From NCBI GenBank assembly GCA_965248535.1, contig CBDFJR010000005.1, positions 1,824,001-1,888,000 of the forward strand: a stretch of 64,000 nt of DNA, in the 5' to 3' direction. The translations under genes were made by a program, and so were the position numbers. Every line of letters starts with the position of its first letter. Position 1 is the first letter of the stretch. This DNA comes from Phormidesmis sp. (GTDB taxonomy: Bacteria > Cyanobacteriota > Cyanobacteriia > Leptolyngbyales > Leptolyngbyaceae). Positions 40,202 to 49,376 of this stretch are shown in pieces. The notes beneath the pieces were generated by a model, which saw nothing but the letters and a program-made list of their open reading frames with translations, was not told the origin of the DNA and searched no databases.

Positions 40202-41670
40202 CTAGCTAACTCGGCTTTCATCCCACACCATAACGCTTCGTTTGGTGTGGGATGAAAGCCAGGGCGTTGACGAGTTGTGTCCTTGACTATTGCTTAACGA
40301 CGTTGCGCCAAGGCTTGGACACGAGGGTTTCGCCCCACTTCGTGAGGAGGAAACGCCACTGTCTCAGGCGCTCTAGCAAAATTGTTAATTGGGTTAGAAT
40401 CGCGGAATGTTGAGCCTGACTTACACTTACCGAATCTATCCAGACCTCATCCAGGAAGCTGAAATGCTGTTCTGGTTGGAGCAATGTCGCAAGGTCTACA
40501 ACTTTGCCTTGCGAGAGCGCAAAGACTGGATGAATTCGCGCCAGTGCGCCGTCAACGCTTGCAGCCTCAGAGCGGAATTTATCATTCCAGCCAACGCACC
40601 CTATCCCGACTACTACAAACAAAAGAAAGCCCTGACTCAAGCCAAGAAAGAACGTCCAGACCTTCAGAAAGTCGATGCCCAAGTGTTGCAAGACATCCTG
40701 AAACGACTGGACAAGTCTTTCAAGTTCATGAAAGCGCGAGAATTTGGTTTCCCGCGCTTCAAAAAGTTTGGTCAGATTCGCTCGTTTGTGTTTCCGCAGT
40801 TCAGGGCAAGCCCACTCCGAGGGACTCAGATTAAGCTGCCGAAGGTGGGATTGGTGCCCATCAACTTGCATCGTCCCCTTCCCGATGGGTTCGACCTCAA
40901 GCAAGTGCGCGTGGTGAAGAAAGCATCGGGATGGTACGCCCAACTGATTCTGCAATGTGAGGTTCAAGTGCCCGATATTTTGCCCCATGGTGAACCCATC
41001 GGCATTGATTTAGGTTTGGAAAAGTTCTTGGCGGTTTCGACCGGAGCGTTGATTCAACGACCCCGCTTCTTTGTGGACTTGCAAGGCAAGCTGAAATGGC
41101 TGCAACGCAAATTGAGAAACAAAAAACAGGGTTCTGCGAACTACCGGAAAGTACAAGCCAAGATTCGACGATTGCACGAACAGATTCACGACACGCGGAG
41201 AGAGTTCCATTTTCAAACGGCTCACCAGCTTTGTGATGACGTGGGCATGATTTTTGCCGAAGACCTCAACCTCAAAATGATGAGTCGAGGCATGTTGGCA
41301 AAACATTGTCTGGATGCTGCGTGGGGTAGCTTTCTCGATATCCTGAAATGGGTGAGTTGGAAGCGTGGTGTCTACTTCGCCCAGGTAGACCCCAACGGGA
41401 CGAGTCAAACTTGCCCCAACTGCGGAGCGCAGACCGGGAAGAAAGACCTGAGTGAGCGGGTGCATGAGTGTGGGGAGTGTGGATATGTCACCGACCGAGA
41501 TGTGGCTGCCGCCCAAGTGGTGAGGCAGCGTGGACTTGTAGCGGTGGGACACACCGTGATACTGCCTGTGGAGGAAGGTTGCCTGGGAACCCCGATGAAG
41601 CAGGAAACCTCAAAGTCGACTTTGAGAAGCCCGCTCCATACCGCCTAGCGGTTGGGGGGGAGGATGTCAC
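40202..41670 (+). mobile_element. Non-autonomous IS200/IS605-family element (tnpB, possible tnpA relic); left boundary approximate
   Basis: Perfect 18-bp inverted repeat at 40213-40260; right end GAAG-CCCGC...GGGG-AGGATGTCAC ending at 41670. Confidence 0.75.
40407..41648 (+). CDS. tnpB: RNA-guided endonuclease TnpB
   Basis: YTYRIYP; IGIDLG, FAEDLN, CPNC/CGEC, DRDVAAA. Confidence 0.95.
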   Translation: MLSLTYTYRIYPDLIQEAEMLFWLEQCRKVYNFALRERKDWMNSRQCAVNACSLRAEFIIPANAPYPDYYKQKKALTQAKKERPDLQKVDAQVLQDILKRLDKSFKFMKAREFGFPRFKKFGQIRSFVFPQFRASPLRGTQIKLPKVGLVPINLHRPLPDGFDLKQVRVVKKASGWYAQLILQCEVQVPDILPHGEPIGIDLGLEKFLAVSTGALIQRPRFFVDLQGKLKWLQRKLRNKKQGSANYRKVQAKIRRLHEQIHDTRREFHFQTAHQLCDDVGMIFAEDLNLKMMSRGMLAKHCLDAAWGSFLDILKWVSWKRGVYFAQVDPNGTSQTCPNCGAQTGKKDLSERVHECGECGYVTDRDVAAAQVVRQRGLVAVGHTVILPVEEGCLGTPMKQETSKSTLRSPLHTA

Positions 41671-42346
41671 AATCGACTTGAGACGCAAGCCCGATCGCCT
41701 GCGGATAAATCTGATGTTCTTGAAGATGAATCCGATTTTGCAGCGTTTCAACCGTGTCATCGGGCAACACAGGCACCGCCGCCTGCATGATAATGGTGCC
41801 GCTATCCACTTCGGGCACGACGATATGAACGGTGCAGCCCGTGATTTTTACGCCCGCTTCTAAGGCTTGTTCAACAGCGCGATTGCCTTTAAAGCTAGGC
41901 AACAAACTGGGGTGAATGTTCAAAATCCGATGTTCAAAGGCGTGAATCAACACGGGCGTGACAATTCGCATCCAGCCTGCCATGATCACCCAGTCAACCC
42001 CCGCTTGCTGAAGGGCTTGCCCGATCGCCCGATCGAGATCTTCTCGATGCTGAAACTCACGATGATTAAACAAGGCTGAAGGCACGCCCCACCGCGCTGC
42101 CCGATCGACCACTTTTGCCCCCGGATTGTTGTAGATCAGCAGATTAACTTGGGCGTTGAGTTGGCGATCGCCGATCGCCTGCGCGATCGCTTCAAAGTTG
42201 CTGCCGCTGCCCGATGCCATCACGCCCAACTTGATCGGAGGGTGGGGGGCAGCGATCGGGATCAAACTAGGAGAAATCAAACTAGGATTATCGCTGAGGG
42301 TCAGACTGCTCATCGCGGTTGGGGTAAGAAAACTCAGAAAACTCAA
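41645..42346 (-). CDS. purN: Phosphoribosylglycinamide formyltransferase (start may be 42313)
   Basis: ASGSGSNFEAI, MAGWMRI, NIHPSLLPSF, GCTVH, EVDSG. Confidence 0.93.
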   Translation of the reverse strand: MSFLSFLTPTAMSSLTLSDNPSLISPSLIPIAAPHPPIKLGVMASGSGSNFEAIAQAIGDRQLNAQVNLLIYNNPGAKVVDRAARWGVPSALFNHREFQHREDLDRAIGQALQQAGVDWVIMAGWMRIVTPVLIHAFEHRILNIHPSLLPSFKGNRAVEQALEAGVKITGCTVHIVVPEVDSGTIIMQAAVPVLPDDTVETLQNRIHLQEHQIYPQAIGLASQVDCDILPPNR

Positions 42347-42434
42347 TCATACTAACAGTGAGTCTTGCCGCTCTAACCAGAAGTTGACACCTCCGCTAAC
42401 TTGACTTCACCTCTTCCTCAAGCACAATTTACCC

Positions 42435-43340
42435 ATGTCATCTGATTTGCCCGATCGCACTCCCGATTCTCTCCTGTCTCGCACCTTAGATAATCCGACG
42501 ATCGCGGCCTGGGTTTTTCTATCGCCTGCCCTGATCTTGCTGGGCGTGTTTGTACTCTATCCGATCGTCTATCTGGGCTATCTCAGCTTTACGACGGGCA
42601 GCTTTACCAGAGCCGGGGTGCATTGGGTGGGGTTGAGAAACTATTTGCGGCTCCTGTCTAGCCCTGATTTTTGGCAGGTTTTGGGCAACACGGCTTATTT
42701 TACGATCGCGACTGTGATCCCCAGTGTGATGATTCCGTTAGGGCTGGCGGTGATGCTCGATCGCACGGTTGCCTTGCGAGGGTTGCTTCGAGCCGCTTAC
42801 TTTATCCCATCGATCACGTCGCTTGTGGCGGTGGGGCTGGGGTGGCGCTGGCTGTTTCAAACCGATGGCGTAGTGAATGATTGGCTGAGCACGATCGGAG
42901 TGCCGCCTATCTCTTGGCTGCAAGACCCCGCTTGGGCAATGCCTGTCTTAATTTTGTTGAGCATCTGGAAGCAGTTGGGATTTAACCTGGTGGTCTTTTT
43001 AGCAGGGTTGCAAACTATTCCGGTGAGTCGCTATGAGGCAGCCGCCTTAGATGGAGCCGATGCCAGGCAAACGTTTTGGTATGTGACACTGCCCGGTTTG
43101 CGTCCAACGCTGATCTTTGCGGCTGTCACAACCGCGATTTTTACGCTTCGCAGCTTTGAGCAGGTCTATGTGATCACGGGCGGTGGGCCGCTCAACTCGA
43201 CTAATCTGCTGGTTTATTATGTCTATGACCAGGCGTTTGCTCAGTTTGATTTTGGCTATGCTGCTGCCGCTGCAACGGTTTTGCTGGTTGTGACGCTGAT
43301 TTTGGTTTATTGGCAGCTACGATCGGGCGAAGAATCGTAG
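42435..43340 (+). CDS. Carbohydrate ABC transporter permease
   Basis: EAA motif YEAAALDGA, TLPGLRP, GGGPLNST. Confidence 0.9.
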   Translation: MSSDLPDRTPDSLLSRTLDNPTIAAWVFLSPALILLGVFVLYPIVYLGYLSFTTGSFTRAGVHWVGLRNYLRLLSSPDFWQVLGNTAYFTIATVIPSVMIPLGLAVMLDRTVALRGLLRAAYFIPSITSLVAVGLGWRWLFQTDGVVNDWLSTIGVPPISWLQDPAWAMPVLILLSIWKQLGFNLVVFLAGLQTIPVSRYEAAALDGADARQTFWYVTLPGLRPTLIFAAVTTAIFTLRSFEQVYVITGGGPLNSTNLLVYYVYDQAFAQFDFGYAAAAATVLLVVTLILVYWQLRSGEES

Positions 43341-43377
43341 GGACACACGATCGTTGCCCCCACAAAATCTCTGGGCG

Positions 43378-43554
43378 TTAGTTGTCGGCCGGAAACGTCC
43401 GTTTAAACTCGTCCAGCAGGTCGTCCATTTCTTCTAGCGCCTGATTGACATCAATTCGCAGCGTTCCTAGATCGGGCTGTTCTAATAGACGCAGCAATGA
43501 TTCGCGCTTGGCTTCAATCAGTTTGATCCGTTCTTTAATCGTTTCGACTTCCAT
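43378..43554 (-). CDS. Small helical hypothetical protein
   Basis: GAGGAG RBS before ATG 43554; MEVETIKERI...LGTLRIDVNQALEEMDDL. Confidence 0.75.
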   Translation of the reverse strand: MEVETIKERIKLIEAKRESLLRLLEQPDLGTLRIDVNQALEEMDDLLDEFKRTFPADN

Positions 43555-43744
43555 AATGCTCCTCGGCTGGCTCCCCAAATGTTGCTAATAGTTAAGCTCT
43601 AACAATTCTAATCAGCTTCGGGGTGAAGTGGTCGCTAGAGTTTGCTTGAGACCATCCGTTTGATCGGGTCTTTCACCGCGCTTGTTGGTCAATCAAACGG
43701 CGTGGATGAGGGGGCGCGATAAATTTCTGGACAACCGAATCGAT

Positions 43745-44491
43745 TCAGTCTGCGCTCAAAAACTCTAAATAGGCGTGGCTGATTTCTTTGACGGCCAACT
43801 CATAAAACTGCTTGCCATGCTCAGGGGTTGCCAGTGCCGGGTTCGATCCCATTCGCCCATCGGGGTAACGCCGCCGAAAGTCGATCGCGCCATAAATCTT
43901 GTGGCTTTTCGAGACTTCCTCGCTCAAAGGGGCTTGCTTGATCGCGTCGGGATAGACATATTGAGTCAGGGCCACCTCGCTCGGCGTGGCGTGAGAGCCT
44001 TCTTGGTCGCCATATAGCTCCTTCGCCAGCCTATAGACCGACCCACCCATATACCAATTGCTGACTTGACACTGCACCCGATCGGCTTCAGGCATTCCCA
44101 GATCAGCTAGGTGGGCATAGGTTTCAGAAAAAGCGGCTTTCATCGTTGCCACATTGCCCCCGTGACCGTTGATAAAAAAGAATTTCCGAAACCCGCTTTT
44201 GGCAAGACAGGTAATATAATCTCTCAGCATTAAAATCATCGTGCTAGGTCGGAGGCTCATGCTGCCCGGAAACGCCGTGTGGTGTAAAGCCATACCCACG
44301 TTGATAGTGGGAGCTACCAGCCCATGAGTCGCCTCGCCCACTCCCCGTGCGATCGCTTCTGCACAGATGGCATCGGTTCCTATCAGCCCGATCGGGCTAT
44401 GTTGCTCAGTAGACCCGATCGGCAAAATGATTCCTGTTGACTGCTCAAGATACGTTTCAACGTCTAGCCAAGTACTCAGATGCAGCAACAT
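43745..44491 (-). CDS. Creatininase-family amidohydrolase
   Basis: LPIGSTEQH, GTD, HHTAFPGS, NGHGGN, HATPSE. Confidence 0.9.
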   Translation of the reverse strand: MLLHLSTWLDVETYLEQSTGIILPIGSTEQHSPIGLIGTDAICAEAIARGVGEATHGLVAPTINVGMALHHTAFPGSMSLRPSTMILMLRDYITCLAKSGFRKFFFINGHGGNVATMKAAFSETYAHLADLGMPEADRVQCQVSNWYMGGSVYRLAKELYGDQEGSHATPSEVALTQYVYPDAIKQAPLSEEVSKSHKIYGAIDFRRRYPDGRMGSNPALATPEHGKQFYELAVKEISHAYLEFLSAD

Positions 44492-44634
44492 AGGCGCTTT
44501 GGGTAAGGTTTCCTTCACTATAAATGAATAGACATGACCCTGGAAGACCTCTCCCCTAGAACGAATTCGGGTACGCTAAACAGCTATGATTTGAATCAGT
44601 TGAATCTTTGCTGCTGAAGTCAAATGTTGGGTAC

Positions 44635-45483
44635 GTGGATCTAAATCAAGTCTTTAAAACCCCTAATCCGATTATTGGTGTCGTGCATTTGTTGCCCCTG
44701 CCGACTTCCCCGCGTTGGGGTGGCAGTCTCAAGGCAATCATCGATCGCGCCGAACAAGAAGCAACTGCTCTAGCGGCGGGTGGCGTAGATGGCATCATCG
44801 TCGAAAACTTTTTTGATGCTCCCTTTCCTAAAGATCACGTCGATCCGGCGGTGGTGAGCGCCATGACCGTTGTGACTCAGCGATTGATGAATATGGTGAC
44901 GCTGCCGATCGGGATCAATGTGCTGAGAAACGATGCTCAAAGTGCTTTCGCGATCGCGGCTTGTGTCCACGCTGAGTTCATTCGGGTCAACGTCTGGACG
45001 GGGATCATGGCCACCGACCAAGGGATGATCGAGGGCCGCGCCCATGAGTTGCTGCGCTATCGGCGCGAGTTAGGATGTGATGTCAAAGTTTTTGCCGATG
45101 TGCTGGTGAAACATGCCCGACCGCTAGGTTCGCCCAATTTAACCACGGCGGTGCAGGACACGATCGAGCGAGGGTTAGCCGATGCGGTGATCCTCTCTGG
45201 GTGGGCAACGGGCAACCCTCCGAGTTTAGAAGATCTAGAACTCGCTAGCGCCGCCGCTAATGGAACGCCCGTCTTGATTGGCAGTGGTGCCGATTGGGAG
45301 AATATTTCTAAATTGATGACGGCGGCAGATGGGGTGATTGTGTCGAGTTCGCTCAAGCGTCAGGGAAAACGAGAAAACTCGATCGACCCAAATCGAGTCA
45401 GTCGTTTTGTCGAAGCCACTCGGTGCAGCGTGTCTTCAGACAATCAAATCAAACCCACTTCTTCGATGAGTTTACACTCCTAA
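44635..45483 (+). CDS. btpA: Photosystem I biogenesis protein BtpA
   Basis: IIGVVHLLPLP, VENFFDAPF, GINVLRND, ADVLVKH; GTG start. Confidence 0.9.
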   Translation: MDLNQVFKTPNPIIGVVHLLPLPTSPRWGGSLKAIIDRAEQEATALAAGGVDGIIVENFFDAPFPKDHVDPAVVSAMTVVTQRLMNMVTLPIGINVLRNDAQSAFAIAACVHAEFIRVNVWTGIMATDQGMIEGRAHELLRYRRELGCDVKVFADVLVKHARPLGSPNLTTAVQDTIERGLADAVILSGWATGNPPSLEDLELASAAANGTPVLIGSGADWENISKLMTAADGVIVSSSLKRQGKRENSIDPNRVSRFVEATRCSVSSDNQIKPTSSMSLHS

Positions 45484-45503
45484 AAATAGGAATATGGTAA
45501 ATC

Positions 45504-46136
45504 TTGATGATGCATTTTGAACTCCTGGAAAAACTTGTTGCTCAACCTGTGCAGTCTGATGAAACAGAACAGCGATTTCTCATGAGTGGGGTCAGTTGGC
45601 AACAATATGAAACCCTGCTCAATGAAATTGGAGAAAGTTTTCCGGGCTTGCGCGTGACTTACCTAGAAGGGACTTTAGAAATCATGGCTCCTAGTCGCAA
45701 GCATGAATTTAACAAGTCGGTCATTGGTTCTCTACTAGAAGCTTACTTTCAAGAAACTCGGACTCGCTATTATCCATTAGGCTCAACCACGTTTCGTCAA
45801 CAGGCAAAAGCAAGAGGAGCAGAGCCAGATGAATGTTATTGTATCGGTTCAAATAAAGAGTTTCCCAATATCGTGATCGAGGTGATTAAAACGAGTGGGG
45901 GACTCAACAAATTAGATGTTTACAAAGGATTAGAAGTCTCGGAAGTTTGGTTTTGGAAGAACGATCGCTTCTCACTTTATCGGCTGATGGGAGAAAGTTA
46001 TGAGTTGTGCGATCGCAGTGAGTTTCTACCAGATCTCGATTTAAACCTACTAGCAAATTACGTTCTTCAAGCCGAACCTCTAGATGCAGTTTTAGAGTTT
46101 CGAGAAGTCGTTCGCAAACAAAATAAACAGCAATAA
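45504..46136 (+). CDS. Uma2 (DUF820) family endonuclease-like protein
   Basis: VSWQQYE, YLEGTLEIMAP, EPDECY, IEV, EVWFW. Confidence 0.88.
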   Translation: MMMHFELLEKLVAQPVQSDETEQRFLMSGVSWQQYETLLNEIGESFPGLRVTYLEGTLEIMAPSRKHEFNKSVIGSLLEAYFQETRTRYYPLGSTTFRQQAKARGAEPDECYCIGSNKEFPNIVIEVIKTSGGLNKLDVYKGLEVSEVWFWKNDRFSLYRLMGESYELCDRSEFLPDLDLNLLANYVLQAEPLDAVLEFREVVRKQNKQQ

Positions 46137-46169
46137 ATCTAATAGGAATTATCCCAAAACATTGACTAC

Positions 46170-46952
46170 CTAAATCCATCCCCGCAGCCAATAGACCGCA
46201 ATTCCAACATACTCCTTTAAGGCTCTGGTGGTGCGTCGAAGTTGGTCAGCGTCTGGCAGCGCATCGAGGATATGGGCCTCTGTCGTTTTGGCTTGAGGGT
46301 CAGACAGAGTAACGGTAAAATCTGTGGGGGCCGCGATCGCTTCCACTCCCAGCTTTCTAAAAATCATCAGCGATCGCGGCATGTGCATGGCAGAAGTCAC
46401 CAACAGCACCCGACGAATTCCTTGAGCCTCCATAATTTGCTTGACGTTGACCGCATTCTCGCGGGTGTTGAGCGAATAGGGATCTTGCAGCATCGCCGAT
46501 CGGGGAACGCCCATCGGCTCCAGCAAAATTGCCATATCTTCAGACTCAGGATTGCCGCTGATGCGCCACTCAACCCGGCCGCCGCTCAAGATCAGACGCG
46601 GAGCTTTGCCATCTCGATAGAGTTTGGCCGCATAGAGCACGCGATCGCCCTCTTCTTTAATTTCCACCCACGGACGCGGTAATAAAGCAGACTCAGTACA
46701 TCCACCCAGAACCACGATCGCGTCTGTCTTTGGCAACTCGGCCGGGAGGTTTTGAAACTCTAGCGATCGCGCTAACCGATCGCTCACGCCAGCATTGCTG
46801 CTCAACACAAGAATCAGCAACACCATCCCGATCGGAATCGCCGCCAGCCGGGGACGCTTCCACAACAGTAAAAACGCCACTATTAACAACAAACATGACA
46901 GGCCCAGTGGGTATAAAAGCAGAGGCAGCAGTTTTGAACTAAAAAGAAACAT
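46170..46952 (-). CDS. YdcF/DUF218-family protein
   Basis: AIVVLGG, ILSGG, SLNTRENA, LVTSAMHMPRS, KEYVG. Confidence 0.88.
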   Translation of the reverse strand: MFLFSSKLLPLLLYPLGLSCLLLIVAFLLLWKRPRLAAIPIGMVLLILVLSSNAGVSDRLARSLEFQNLPAELPKTDAIVVLGGCTESALLPRPWVEIKEEGDRVLYAAKLYRDGKAPRLILSGGRVEWRISGNPESEDMAILLEPMGVPRSAMLQDPYSLNTRENAVNVKQIMEAQGIRRVLLVTSAMHMPRSLMIFRKLGVEAIAAPTDFTVTLSDPQAKTTEAHILDALPDADQLRRTTRALKEYVGIAVYWLRGWI

Positions 46953-47130
46953 AAGGACAGTTAAAGAATTGTCAACTATTGTGCTGAAGATTATAGAAAA
47001 TACAGCAAACTATATACTATGTAACCAAAGCTACCCGTATATCAACAACGGCAAGCCTATCGGTTCGTTATCAGGGTGCTCTTGATCTTAGACGGTTGCT
47101 TCCATTCATCGACCTATCACTGGCTGACCA

Positions 47131-47988
47131 ATGCGACGACAGCTTGCGCCTGCAATAACTTACTACATCCGTAGACTTCTCCATCAACATCATGATCAGT
47201 TGAGGTTTCCAGTCGTTGACGACAGCGGCAAACAAGCCGATGCCAACACCACCTTAGGTGAGATTCTCGCCAGTTTGTATGTCAAAGAGCAAAAAATTGA
47301 CTCGGTGATGTTTGAAGTCGAGCGATTAGCCTTGCTGCATCAGTCTCTCAGCCGAGCTAGCGTCAAAGACCTTCAAGATCTCCAAAACGTCGAGAAACAG
47401 ATTTTTGGACTACTGGGCTGTGAGCTTAAGGAGGTTGCCAGTCCGATGACGTTCCCCGGAAACACGACCCTCATCTACCCCAATCGCCACTCTAGCCACG
47501 ACCCCGAAAAAACGTCTCGCCTCAGAAGCATTTTGATTGTCGATGCTGAACCTGCCAGCCGTCATTTGTTGGCTACTGCGCTGACGCATCATGGCTATCG
47601 CGTTCACCTTGCCAATGATGGCCGAGAAGCCCTCGAAAACGTTCAGCGTCTCCGCCCTGATGCAATTTTGCTAGATGTGGTCTTGCCTGACATCAATGGC
47701 TATGGGGTGTGCGAACAGTTCAAGGTCGATCGCTCTACTCAAAAAATTCCAGTTCTGTTTTTGAGCGCTATCAATAGTGTTACCAGCAAAGTCCAGGCTT
47801 TTCATGTGGGCGGCGTTGACTACATTACAAAACCCTTTCATGTTGAAGAAGTTTTAGTTCGCGTTGAGCATCAAGTCAATTTGCGCTGTGTGCAAAAGCA
47901 GCAAGAAGAATGGACGAGTCGCCTTCAGCGAGAAATTCAAGAACTCAAGCAAACAAAAACTAAATCCTATCAAACCACACTTTATTAG
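47131..47988 (+). CDS. Response regulator with helical N-terminal extension and no output domain
   Basis: ILIVDAE, ILLDVVLP, FLSA, DYITKPF, then a short coiled coil. Confidence 0.8.
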   Translation: MRRQLAPAITYYIRRLLHQHHDQLRFPVVDDSGKQADANTTLGEILASLYVKEQKIDSVMFEVERLALLHQSLSRASVKDLQDLQNVEKQIFGLLGCELKEVASPMTFPGNTTLIYPNRHSSHDPEKTSRLRSILIVDAEPASRHLLATALTHHGYRVHLANDGREALENVQRLRPDAILLDVVLPDINGYGVCEQFKVDRSTQKIPVLFLSAINSVTSKVQAFHVGGVDYITKPFHVEEVLVRVEHQVNLRCVQKQQEEWTSRLQREIQELKQTKTKSYQTTLY

Positions 47989-48193
47989 ACCCAGACGAGC
48001 AGATTTTTCTGGCTTCTTTTGTGAGCGTCATTTGTCTGAGGTAATCGTTCATATTTTCTCCCTCTAGAGTCGGATTATAAAGTCGTCAAATGATCTTCTT
48101 GGGTCAGCCAACGGAAGGATGAACGAACCCGATCGCTGTGCCAATCTTGAAGACGAAATGCCGATTTAATGATCACTAATTGGAGAACGGAAA

Positions 48194-49231
48194 ATGGTAA
48201 TGACACTTGATGATACAAAGCGGATGGCGATCGCTATGAAGCTGGCAGACATGAAGGCAGTCCAAGAGCTTCTGATCTCTAACGAGCAAACGTTCATCTC
48301 GGCTGTAAATGACAGCGATATCGCCGATCGCTTGAGAGAGATGATCAAAGATGACCAAAAAAACTTGGGTATTTTAGAGACCGTCATGGTGCAGTATGGC
48401 GTGAAGTCAGAACCCAAAGAAACCGTTTTAGAGATGGTCAAAAAGCTTGGTGAATTAATGTCAGGGTCTAAACTGACTACTTATGAAAAGGTCTTTCAGC
48501 ATGAGCTTCTTAAGCATCAGCAAGTGATGACGGGCATTGTGATTCACAAAGCGGCTCAAAAAGTTGGGGCTGATGTAGAAGCTGCGATCACGCCGCTCAA
48601 CACGGTCAACTTTGAAAACCGTGCTCACCAAGAGCAACTCAAAGGCATTCTAGAAGTTTTAGGAGTTCGCGAACTGACGGGAATGGAGGCAGATCAGGGG
48701 CTGTGGGCACGGGTGCAAGACTCGGTTGCGGCCTTGACGGGCGCTGTGGGCAGCGTCGTCACTCAAACTAGCCCTAAGTCTGACATGAATATTCAGGATG
48801 TGATTCGGATGGATCACCAAAAGGTAAACACCCTGTTTATGGAGATTGACGCAACGCAAGATCCTCAAAAGCGGCAAGAATATTTTGGCCAAATCTATAA
48901 AGATTTGAATGTTCACTCGCTTGCCGAAGAAGAGGTGGCTTATCCTGCTGTTCGAGGTAAGTATCCTGATGGTGATCTTAAGGAGCTTTATGATGAGCAA
49001 GCTGAAATGAAGGTTCTCTTAGATCAGATCCGTGTTATGAATCCATCGTCTGAAGACTTTATGAACGCAATTCATCGTCTGAAAGATATTGTGATGGATC
49101 ACGTTCGTCAAGAAGAAAGCACTTTCTTTGCTGCCATTCGCGATAGCTTCAGCAGCGCAGAAAGTGAACAATTGGCTACTCAATTCAAAGCTGCGAAGAG
49201 CAAACTTCAAGATGAAATGAGTGCTCATTAA
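48194..49231 (+). CDS. Ferritin-like + hemerythrin/HHE cation-binding protein
   Basis: N-terminal four-helix ExxH region; C-terminal DHQKV, HSLAEEEVAYP, HVRQEE. Confidence 0.85.
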   Translation: MVMTLDDTKRMAIAMKLADMKAVQELLISNEQTFISAVNDSDIADRLREMIKDDQKNLGILETVMVQYGVKSEPKETVLEMVKKLGELMSGSKLTTYEKVFQHELLKHQQVMTGIVIHKAAQKVGADVEAAITPLNTVNFENRAHQEQLKGILEVLGVRELTGMEADQGLWARVQDSVAALTGAVGSVVTQTSPKSDMNIQDVIRMDHQKVNTLFMEIDATQDPQKRQEYFGQIYKDLNVHSLAEEEVAYPAVRGKYPDGDLKELYDEQAEMKVLLDQIRVMNPSSEDFMNAIHRLKDIVMDHVRQEESTFFAAIRDSFSSAESEQLATQFKAAKSKLQDEMSAH

Positions 49232-49293
49232 TAGTGCTTGTTGATCAAAGTTTTCTGATTTAAGTCAGCTTTGAGAGATTATTTCTTTTAGAG

Positions 49294-49330
49294 ATCGTAA
49301 GAAGGTTTTTGAACTTTCTTACGATTTTCT
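49294..49330 (+). terminator. Intrinsic terminator
   Basis: ATCGTAAGAAGGTT-TTTG-AACTTTCTTACGAT stem followed by TTTCT. Confidence 0.7.
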
Positions 49331-49376
49331 GTGTTTAAATAGACACGAAGCTTTTTGCCTTTTATAACTAAATTTT

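Noticed and set aside
40287..41552. Long antisense ORFs (233 aa and 180 aa) over tnpB
   Set aside because: Antisense shadows; only the last ~30 codons are considered, as a possible tnpA relic.
30929..41648. Nuclease-dead TnpB (TldR-like repressors)
   Set aside because: Both proteins retain the RuvC D-E-D triad and intact transposon right ends.
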